A stretch of 64,000 bases of DNA from Eubacteriales bacterium. GTDB taxonomy: Bacteria; Bacillota; Clostridia; Oscillospirales; CAG-272. Position numbers and translations under genes: made by a program. The notes under the pieces are model-generated. The model worked only from the letters and a program-made list of their open reading frames with translations, ran no database searches and was not told the origin of the DNA. The stretch lies in assembly GCA_045543015.1 (NCBI GenBank), contig JAZQLY010000002.1, positions 17,382 through 81,381 of the forward strand, given 5' to 3'. This document shows, in pieces, positions 18,424 to 25,958 of the stretch; the stretch's first letter is position 1, and every line of letters starts with the position of its first letter.

Positions 18424-19209
18424 ATGCAAAAAGAAGATATTAAATTTGAAAATTCTACTGTTTTGGAAGGAATGACTTCCCTGCGCGCTTTACTGGAAGG
18501 CAAAAAGAACGGCTATAATGACCGTTGTATCTTGCGCCTGTTATATGATGAAAAACGCGAAGACAAGCTGTGTAAAGAGCTTTCTTACCTGCGTGCCATG
18601 GGCAAGGTATACAACTTCCCCGTTCTGCCGGCAAGCAACGAAGAGATAGAAGCCCTGGCGATCGGTAATTCGCACGGCGGCCTATTGGCCGAGTGCGGCG
18701 TAAGAACGCTGCCCGCCCTTTGTTCAGCATCTGACATTTCCCCTAATGGCTTTTATGCCATGATCCAAGGAATCGAGGACCCATACAATTTCGGCTATGC
18801 AATACGTTCTCTCTATGCGTGCGGTGTGGATGGCATTATTCTTTCCGAACGCAATTGGTTGAGCGCGGCCGGCGTTGTTGCCCGATCCTCAGCTGGTGCC
18901 TCAGAGATGCTGCCAGTATACGTATCCGACCCGCTTTTGGCGGCTGATTTTTTCCACGAGCAAGGATACACGGTTACCTGCGCCGATGAACGGACCGAGC
19001 ATTTGTTGCACAAAACACCGCTCAAAAAGCCGATCCTGCTGATCGTTGGTGGCGAAAGACGCGGGATATCCCGTGCGCTGTTAGACAAAGCAGACCTCTT
19101 GGTCAAGATCGGCTACGGGCGCGAATTCAAGGCTTCCCTTTCGGCCGCCTCTGCAACAACGATGATGGCATATGAAATTTTCCGCCAAAACTGTGATGAG
19201 GAAGGATAA
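18424..19209 (+). CDS. TrmH/SpoU-family RNA 2'-O-methyltransferase (RlmB-like)
   Basis: C-terminal SpoU knot motifs (LIVGGERRGIS..SLSAASATTMMAYEI). Start chosen at MQKEDIKFEN. Confidence 0.8.
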   Translation: MQKEDIKFENSTVLEGMTSLRALLEGKKNGYNDRCILRLLYDEKREDKLCKELSYLRAMGKVYNFPVLPASNEEIEALAIGNSHGGLLAECGVRTLPALCSASDISPNGFYAMIQGIEDPYNFGYAIRSLYACGVDGIILSERNWLSAAGVVARSSAGASEMLPVYVSDPLLAADFFHEQGYTVTCADERTEHLLHKTPLKKPILLIVGGERRGISRALLDKADLLVKIGYGREFKASLSAASATTMMAYEIFRQNCDEEG

Positions 19210-19212
19210 GCG

Positions 19213-19713
19213 ATGGATATAATCATCGAGAATGCCGTTTCTTCAGATGCATCCGCATTGCTGACGTATTTTAAAAAGATCGGCGAAGAAACGGATAATC
19301 TGTCTTTTGGTGCTGAAGGCTTACCCTTTTCTTGTGAAGAAGAAGCCGCATATATTTCAAGCATGGAAGGCTCGCAAGACGATGCTCTTTTTCTGGCCAA
19401 AATCGATGGAAAAATTATAGGTGAAGCAAGCATTCACCGGTTGCCACGGCGCATGTGCCACCGAGGCGAATTCAGCATCTCCGTTCTGAAAGAATATTGG
19501 GATATGGGCGTCGGAAGCATTCTGTTGAAAAAAATTATTACTTTCGCAAGAAATAACCATTTCGAAGTCATTGATCTTCAAGTACGCAGCGACAATGCGC
19601 GTGCCATTCATCTATATCAAAAGCATGGATTTTTTAAAATTGGCACGCACGAAAGCTTTTTAAAAATCCATAAAGCACCTATTCCTTTCGATTACATGAC
19701 GCTTCATTTATAA
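19213..19713 (+). CDS. GNAT-family N-acetyltransferase
   Basis: 166 aa with a GNAT motif-A-like segment (WDMGVGSILLKKII) and a RAIHLYQKHGF tail. Confidence 0.8.
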   Translation: MDIIIENAVSSDASALLTYFKKIGEETDNLSFGAEGLPFSCEEEAAYISSMEGSQDDALFLAKIDGKIIGEASIHRLPRRMCHRGEFSISVLKEYWDMGVGSILLKKIITFARNNHFEVIDLQVRSDNARAIHLYQKHGFFKIGTHESFLKIHKAPIPFDYMTLHL

Positions 19714-19754
19714 AAAACAAAAAGGTTTCGAAAAATCGAAACCTTTTTGTTTTT
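19713..19754. terminator. Bidirectional intrinsic terminator
   Basis: Fully palindromic AAAAACAAAAAGGTTTCGA-AAAA-TCGAAACCTTTTTGTTTTT. Confidence 0.9.
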
Positions 19755-19761
19755 ATTCAAA

Positions 19762-21540
19762 TTAGTCGAGGTTTGCTTTCAGCGTTGCCAGCTGGTTCTT
19801 CAGCTCTGCGGGGAGCTTATCACCAAACTTCTTGTAATGCTCCTCGATCTCGGCAGCTTCCTTCTTCCAGGTCTCGGCATCTACCGTCAGAATGGACTTC
19901 AGGGTATCCATGTCCATATCCAGATCGGTCAGGTCGATATCCTCTGCCTTCGGTACAAAGCCGATAGCAGTCTCGGTAGCGTCAGCCTTGCCTTCGCAAC
20001 GGTCGATGATCCAGTTCAGCACGCGCATGTTGTCGCCAAAGCCGGGCCACAGGAAGTTGCCCTCGTCATCGGTACGGAACCAGTTGACGTTAAAGATCTT
20101 CGGTGCCTTGTCACCCAACTTCTCGCCCATGTCAAGCCAGTGCTGGAAATAGTCACCCATGTTGTAACCGCAGAACGGCAGCATAGCCATAGGATCGCGG
20201 CGAACAACGCCAACGGCACCTGCAGCGGCAGCCGTGGTCTCAGAAGCCATGGCAGAACCGATGAACACACCGTTCTCCCAGCTCTTGGACTGGTAAACCA
20301 GAGGCGTGCACTTTGCACGGCGGCCACCGAAGATGATCGCCGAGATCGGAACGCCGGCACCCTTGTCAAACTCCTCAGAGATGCAGGGGCAGTTGACAGC
20401 AGGAGCGGTAAAGCGGGAGTTGGGATGAGCGGCATAGGTGCTCTTATCAGCCTTCACGAACATAGAGGGATTCCAGGGATTGCCCTTCCACTCCAGAGCG
20501 TTTTCAGGCGGATTCTTATCCAGGCCTTCCCACCAAACGTTGTTGTTATCCAGATTCAGTGCAACGTTGGTGAAGATGGTGTTCTTCTTGGTGGACTCCA
20601 GTGCGTTGAAGTTCGACTTCTCGTTGGTACCGGGAGCAACGCCGAAGAAGCCGTTCTCCGGGTTGATGGCATAGAGGCGGCCATCCGCACCGATGCGCAT
20701 CCAAGCGATATCATCACCAACCGTCCAGATCTTATAACCCTTATCGCGCAGATACTTAGGCGGGATCATCATAGCCAGGTTGGTCTTACCGCAAGCAGAC
20801 GGGAATGCAGCTGCTACATACTTGACCTCACCCTTCGGGTTCTCAAGACCAAGGATCAGCATATGCTCTGCCATCCAGCCCTCTTTCCAGCCCTGGTAGG
20901 AGGCGATACGCAGCGCAAAGCACTTCTTGCCCAGCAGTACGTTACCGCCGTATGCAGAGTTAACGGAAATAATGGTATTATCCTCCGGGAACTGGCAGAT
21001 ATAACGGTTCTCGGGATCGATATCACAGGAAGCGTGGAAGCCGCGTACCCAGTCATTAGAGTCGCCAAGCGTCTCCAGCACCTTGGTACCTACGCGGGTC
21101 ATGATGGCCATGTTGAGTACAACGTAGATCGAATCGGTGATCTCAATACCGATCTTTGCAAGCGGAGAGCCGATCGGGCCCATGGAGAACGGGATGATAT
21201 ACATCGTTCTGCCCTGATAGGTACCGCGGGCAATGTTGTACAGCTTCTTGTACATCTCGGCGGGGTCATGCCAGTGGTTGGTGGGACCTGCATCCTCTTC
21301 CTTGGTGGTGCAGATGAAGGTTCTGTCCTCAACGCGAGCAACGTCGTTGGGGCGGGTTCTGTGCAGATAGCAGCCGGGAAGCAGCTCCTCGTTCAGCTTG
21401 GTCAGCTCGCCGGTCGATACGGCAATGGCACGCAGCTCTTCCAGCTGTGCCTCGCTACCATCGATCCACAGAACCTTGTCAGGCTTTACGAGATCTTTCA
21501 TCTCCTCAACCCAGGCCAATACTTGCTTGTTGTTGGTCAT
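19762..21540 (-). CDS. pck: Phosphoenolpyruvate carboxykinase (GTP)
   Basis: FPSACGKTNLAM kinase-1a motif, 592 aa, AGAGGAG SD. Confidence 0.95.
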   Translation of the reverse strand: MTNNKQVLAWVEEMKDLVKPDKVLWIDGSEAQLEELRAIAVSTGELTKLNEELLPGCYLHRTRPNDVARVEDRTFICTTKEEDAGPTNHWHDPAEMYKKLYNIARGTYQGRTMYIIPFSMGPIGSPLAKIGIEITDSIYVVLNMAIMTRVGTKVLETLGDSNDWVRGFHASCDIDPENRYICQFPEDNTIISVNSAYGGNVLLGKKCFALRIASYQGWKEGWMAEHMLILGLENPKGEVKYVAAAFPSACGKTNLAMMIPPKYLRDKGYKIWTVGDDIAWMRIGADGRLYAINPENGFFGVAPGTNEKSNFNALESTKKNTIFTNVALNLDNNNVWWEGLDKNPPENALEWKGNPWNPSMFVKADKSTYAAHPNSRFTAPAVNCPCISEEFDKGAGVPISAIIFGGRRAKCTPLVYQSKSWENGVFIGSAMASETTAAAAGAVGVVRRDPMAMLPFCGYNMGDYFQHWLDMGEKLGDKAPKIFNVNWFRTDDEGNFLWPGFGDNMRVLNWIIDRCEGKADATETAIGFVPKAEDIDLTDLDMDMDTLKSILTVDAETWKKEAAEIEEHYKKFGDKLPAELKNQLATLKANLD

Positions 21541-21617
21541 TGTTGTGTTCTCCTCTATCTCAATTATTTTTTATCAAAAGTTGTCGCGTGAAAAATGACA
21601 AACTTTTCACATTTTCT

Positions 21618-21646
21618 ATTATATCACATTTTTGTCAAATTTGCAA
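21618..21646 (-). promoter_or_regulatory. Strong SigA promoter of pck (extended -10)
   Basis: Minus strand reads TTGCAA (21646-41), 17-nt spacer, TG-a-TATAAT (21623-18). Confidence 0.7.
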
Positions 21647-21715
21647 TAACAAAACGAAAAAATTGCATTTTTTCACAACTTTTTCACATCTTTCCGGCGC
21701 ATCGCTCTCAAATGC

Positions 21716-21744
21716 TTGACAGGCATGCAAAAATTCATTATAAT
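21716..21744 (+). promoter_or_regulatory. Consensus SigA promoter of the FtsX/ABC operon
   Basis: TTGACA (21716-21), 17-nt spacer, TATAAT (21739-44). Confidence 0.75.
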
Positions 21745-21780
21745 ATAATTATGTTTGATCCGTAAAGGAGATAAAAAGCC

Positions 21781-24090
21781 TTGTTTCAACGAATATCCGA
21801 TTACTTACAAGAAAGCTTTCGAAACGCAAAACGAACCGTGTTTGGCGGTTTTCGTCATTTTTTCCCCTTCATGCTCGCCTTGCTGTTTATCCAAACGCTG
21901 CTGTTTTCCGTCACGCTCGGGTTTGACAGCAATTATAAAAACGAAAAGGCGATCATTGAAAAAGAATACAATTACCACCTGGCCATCAAGGGCTTGAATC
22001 AAGGGCAGACCCTTACGCTGATCAACGATCCGCGCACCGTTTTTTCAAACGATTACGTTTATGACGTGGTCAGCACGTCCGAGCATATGGTAGAAGGCAT
22101 GGATAGCACCTATGACGTGTACATCCGCTTTGTGACCGGTAACAAGCGCTTCGGCATCTATGGCATTTTCCGCAAGGATACTATTCAAAGCTGCTACCGC
22201 ACCTTTGCCTACACGTACCACGATGTATACGCGCCGGAGGGCGGTACGGCTACCCTCTATTTTTCCCCGCTTTACCAGCTTGAAAATCTTTGGTGGCAAA
22301 ATTACGGGATCATGGCACTCACACTGCTGCTCCTTTCCCTGCTTTCTGCCGCCATTCTTGGTCGCATTTACCGTATCCGCCTCCATCACGACCGTTTTAC
22401 CTACGGCATATACGTAACGTTTGGCGCCAATGGAAGGCGGCTGCGCAGCACCGCTTTCTGGGAAATGCTACTTTGCGCCCTTTTATCCCTTATCCCTGCC
22501 TTTATCCTTGCACGCGTTGCGTGCGCCCTCCTGTATCAAAACGCAGGCGTTCCCTTCATGCCCGGTCTCAAAACGCAGATATGGGTTCCGCTTCTCGTTA
22601 TTCCGATCCTGTTTTTAGCGGTGCGCCTGCCAATGAAGCTGCTGGCACAAAAGGAACCGTTGACGCTGATAACAGCCATGGACAATTCGCATTACGTCAA
22701 GCACCCGCGCCGCTCTGTGAATATGCTCCACCGCCGTTTCCCGCGGTTCTACGAATTGCTCAGCACGCTCCGCTACCATCGGTATTATATAAAACTGGCT
22801 GTCAGCTCTGCCCTGCTCTGCGCGCTGTTTATCAGCGGCACGTATCTGGCGCAGCTGTACAGCATCAACCGCGATATCCGCATTGATACGCAAACAGCCT
22901 TCCATATCGATATCAGCAATCCAAACGGCGTGCCGCCTGCGTTTGCCGAGGATCTGCAAAGCACGCCGCACGTCAAGCGGGTGTATAAAGATTACGCCAC
23001 CTTCTCACTGGAGGAAAACGGCATGTTCTGCGCTGTGGAAAAGGGTGACCTGCTGCCGCTCTCCGGCGTGATGAACAACCCGATCGACAAAGAAACCTCT
23101 GTATTCAACACCGTCAAAATGTACGGCGCGCAGGACGAGGATCTGATCGATCTCTTTTCCTCCATGTACACCGTAGAGGGTGATCTTGCCTCTGTATTGA
23201 GGGACGAAAACACCGTCGCCATCGGCAGCTCGGTCAACAACCGCACCGTGTTTGATCTTGCAGTGGGCGACACCATCACGATCGCCACCCCCATTGCCAC
23301 CCCGGAGAATGCCGAGATCAACAACAACCTTTCCGGCAATGCGCTGCTTGAGGAAATGATCCTGCAGGTCGTATATGAATACCGGACGTATACCGTAGGC
23401 GCCGTTATCACGAATTACCCCAGCGCCGTAGACGGTACGCCGCTGATCGTCCATGCAGACCTGTATGAAGCGCTGACCGGCAAAAGCGCCGCAAGAAACG
23501 ATCTGAACATCGTTGTTGACCACGATATGACGCCGGACCAGTATATACAAATGGAAAACGAGATCCGCGCCCTGGCCGCAACCGGCTACGGTATCAGCAT
23601 CACGAGCAAGGACACGTATTTTGCCAACCGCATGGAAAAGCAGTTCCTCTATGAAAGGCTGGCCATTCTCGTATCCGCCACCATGCTGACGTTTATCCCC
23701 CTCGTTTGGTTTTTCTCGCAGCTGTTTTTCTACCGCAAGCGCGCGGTGGAGTTTAACATTTTGCGTGTGCTTTCCGCCCCTATGCAGAGCATCCGCAAGC
23801 TTCACCTGCAAAGCACCCTGCTTGTGCTGCCCATTGCAGCGATCTCGCTGCTTGCCGCCGGTGCCTGCGTGTTGGCGGTATACGTGCTGGTGCAATACGT
23901 GCTGCCTGGTGCGCTGCACATCTCCGGCGCGGTCGTTCTGCCCCTTACTGCATCCCCCTTGCCGTTTGTGATCTGCTTTATCCTCACGTTCCTGTGCAGC
24001 ATGACCTCCTCGCTCATCCCGTATCGGATCTACAAGCGCAGACAAACCGGCGATCCCATGGAATTTTTTAACGTTGAGGACGGTATTTGA
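21781..24090 (+). CDS. FtsX-like ABC transporter permease (769 aa)
   Basis: Multi-TM protein with large extracytoplasmic loops, directly followed by a MacB/LolD-type ATPase. TTG start after AAAGGAG. Confidence 0.75.
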   Translation: MFQRISDYLQESFRNAKRTVFGGFRHFFPFMLALLFIQTLLFSVTLGFDSNYKNEKAIIEKEYNYHLAIKGLNQGQTLTLINDPRTVFSNDYVYDVVSTSEHMVEGMDSTYDVYIRFVTGNKRFGIYGIFRKDTIQSCYRTFAYTYHDVYAPEGGTATLYFSPLYQLENLWWQNYGIMALTLLLLSLLSAAILGRIYRIRLHHDRFTYGIYVTFGANGRRLRSTAFWEMLLCALLSLIPAFILARVACALLYQNAGVPFMPGLKTQIWVPLLVIPILFLAVRLPMKLLAQKEPLTLITAMDNSHYVKHPRRSVNMLHRRFPRFYELLSTLRYHRYYIKLAVSSALLCALFISGTYLAQLYSINRDIRIDTQTAFHIDISNPNGVPPAFAEDLQSTPHVKRVYKDYATFSLEENGMFCAVEKGDLLPLSGVMNNPIDKETSVFNTVKMYGAQDEDLIDLFSSMYTVEGDLASVLRDENTVAIGSSVNNRTVFDLAVGDTITIATPIATPENAEINNNLSGNALLEEMILQVVYEYRTYTVGAVITNYPSAVDGTPLIVHADLYEALTGKSAARNDLNIVVDHDMTPDQYIQMENEIRALAATGYGISITSKDTYFANRMEKQFLYERLAILVSATMLTFIPLVWFFSQLFFYRKRAVEFNILRVLSAPMQSIRKLHLQSTLLVLPIAAISLLAAGACVLAVYVLVQYVLPGALHISGAVVLPLTASPLPFVICFILTFLCSMTSSLIPYRIYKRRQTGDPMEFFNVEDGI

Positions 24091-24091
24091 T

Positions 24092-24787
24092 ATGGCAATA
24101 TTGGAAGTCAATGATCTGATCAAGCTGTTTCGCCAGTCAGACGAAACCATTACGGCGGTCAACCGTGCCACCTTTACGGTAGAGGATGGTGAATTTGTCG
24201 CCATCATTGGCCCATCCGGCTCCGGAAAAAGCACCCTGCTCCACCTCTGTGCCGGTCTCACACGTCCCAATTCCGGCAGCATTTGCATCCGTTCACAGGA
24301 TATCACCAAAATGCGACCGGAGGAGCTGGCCACGTTCCGTGGGCAGTACATCGGCATTGTGTACCAGCGCCATAACCTGATTCCCCATCTGACCGCGTTA
24401 GAGAACATTCTCATTCCGCCCATGATGTGTGGCAAGCCGGCATTTTCTTATGAGGAAACGCTGAAAAAGATCGTCGGCGCGCTTGGCATTAAGGATCGCT
24501 TAGGCCACCTGCCAAACGAGCTGTCCGGCGGTCAGCAGCAGCGCGTATCGATCGCGCGTGCGTTGATCAACCGCCCGCAGGTCCTCTTTGCCGATGAACC
24601 GACAGGAAACCTGGACCGCACCAATGCGGAAGAGGTGCTTTCACTGCTCTTGCGCACGCAAAAGGAGTTTGGCCAAACGCTGGTCATGGTCACGCACGAT
24701 ATGACGATCGCACGCCGTGCAGACCGCGTCATGAAAATGGATAACGGCGTTCTCCGCCGCATGACGGCGGAAGAAATTGAGGCGTAA
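24092..24787 (+). CDS. ABC transporter ATP-binding protein (MacB/LolD type)
   Basis: Walker A GPSGSGKST, signature LSGGQQQRV, Walker B LFADEPT. ATG lies 1 nt after the permease stop. Confidence 0.95.
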   Translation: MAILEVNDLIKLFRQSDETITAVNRATFTVEDGEFVAIIGPSGSGKSTLLHLCAGLTRPNSGSICIRSQDITKMRPEELATFRGQYIGIVYQRHNLIPHLTALENILIPPMMCGKPAFSYEETLKKIVGALGIKDRLGHLPNELSGGQQQRVSIARALINRPQVLFADEPTGNLDRTNAEEVLSLLLRTQKEFGQTLVMVTHDMTIARRADRVMKMDNGVLRRMTAEEIEA

Positions 24788-24887
24788 ACCCCCCGCAAAA
24801 ATCTCCACCGCTCGACCTTTTCTGCAAAAACAGCTTGTTTTTTCTTCTTAAACCCCTCGTTTTACAACATTTTTGGTAATTTTTTAC

Positions 24888-24940
24888 AAATAGGTGAGGC
24901 TCGATTTGTGCAACATTTTTCGGCCTCACCTATTGATTTT
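24888..24940 (+). terminator. Long hairpin between the ABC operon and spo0A (probable terminator)
   Basis: 12-bp stem AATAGGTGAGGC/GCCTCACCTATT plus a 3-bp extension, followed by GATTTTCTT. Confidence 0.5.
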
Positions 24941-25032
24941 CTTGGAAAATTATGGTAAACTTACACCAGCATCCAAAATTTACCAATTGGCAAGAAAATT
25001 TTATAAGAATAGAACCAGAAGGAGAAAAAACA

Positions 25033-25821
25033 ATGGAATTTGCAACGAAAATTTTGATAGCCGAGCAGGACAAAGAGGAACGAAAGGCCTTGCGCGAGAA
25101 TTTATACAAGGCGGGTTACCGGTTGATCGAGGAGGCCGCCAACGGCGAGGAGGCGATCTCCAAGATCGGGCATTTCCACCCGGATATTGCCATTATCGAC
25201 GCCTGGCTTGCCAAGATCGATGGGATCGGCGTTATTCGCAACTGCTCCTCTTTTGACTTCTCGCCCGATCAAAAGCCAACCTATATTCTCGTTTCCCTGG
25301 CAGCCAATGCCAATATGTTTGTAGAGGCCACCGCCGCAGGGGCAGATCTTTGCTTGCTCAAGCCCTTTGATATGCCCAGCCTGTTTGAGCATATGAACGC
25401 TTTTACCAAGCTGCGCACCAACACCGCCAAGGGGACGGCCCTCCCCTCACCCACGCGCAGCGGTGAGGCAGATATGGAAACGCAAGTAACCAAGATCATC
25501 CACCAGATCGGCGTACCGGCACACATCAAGGGGTATCAGTATTTACGCACCGCCATTCTGATGACGATCGCAGACAGCGACATTATCAATTCCGTCACCA
25601 AAATTCTGTACCCCTCCGTTGCCAAGCGGTACGCCACAACCACCTCACGCGTAGAGCGCGCCATTCGCCACGCCATTGAGGTCGCATGGGATCGCGGAGA
25701 CGTGGACGTGCTGAATTCCTACTTCGGCTACACCATCCAAAACAACCGTGGCAAGCCCACCAATAGCGAATTTATCGCCATGATCGCCGACAGCATGCGC
25801 CTGAAATACAAAATGGTGTAA
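25033..25821 (+). CDS. spo0A: Sporulation master regulator Spo0A (atypical receiver pocket)
   Basis: The C-terminal domain closely matches the Spo0A DNA-binding domain ([42 protein letters not shown]). N-terminal receiver domain present. GGAGAAAAAACA SD. Confidence 0.9.
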   Translation: MEFATKILIAEQDKEERKALRENLYKAGYRLIEEAANGEEAISKIGHFHPDIAIIDAWLAKIDGIGVIRNCSSFDFSPDQKPTYILVSLAANANMFVEATAAGADLCLLKPFDMPSLFEHMNAFTKLRTNTAKGTALPSPTRSGEADMETQVTKIIHQIGVPAHIKGYQYLRTAILMTIADSDIINSVTKILYPSVAKRYATTTSRVERAIRHAIEVAWDRGDVDVLNSYFGYTIQNNRGKPTNSEFIAMIADSMRLKYKMV

Positions 25822-25825
25822 GCAT

Positions 25826-25855
25826 AGCCCTGCCGCCTCCGGCAGGGCTTTTTTA
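25826..25855 (+). terminator. Intrinsic terminator after spo0A
   Basis: AGCCCTGCCG/CGGCAGGGCT stem followed by T6. Confidence 0.9.
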
Positions 25856-25896
25856 TTTGCTTGAAAATAGAAATTTCAACGAATTTTGCATTTTCC

Positions 25897-25925
25897 TTGC
25901 ATTGCTAATTCTGTTGTGATATAAT
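25897..25925 (+). promoter_or_regulatory. SigA promoter of the LRR lipoprotein gene
   Basis: TTGCAT (25897-902), 17-nt spacer, TATAAT (25920-25). Confidence 0.7.
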
Positions 25926-25958
25926 TAATTTGTTGAATTATTTTCCAAGGAGAATATT

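Noticed and set aside
19747-21591. 614-aa plus-strand ORF
   Set aside because: Exactly antisense to GTP-PEPCK, which carries unmistakable motifs and a good SD. The plus-frame product has no recognisable features.
23005-24435. 476-aa minus-strand ORF overlapping the FtsX permease and ABC ATPase
   Set aside because: Contains the familiar antisense translation of an ABC ATPase (..LFPEPDGPMMATNSP..). It has no SD and is a shadow ORF.
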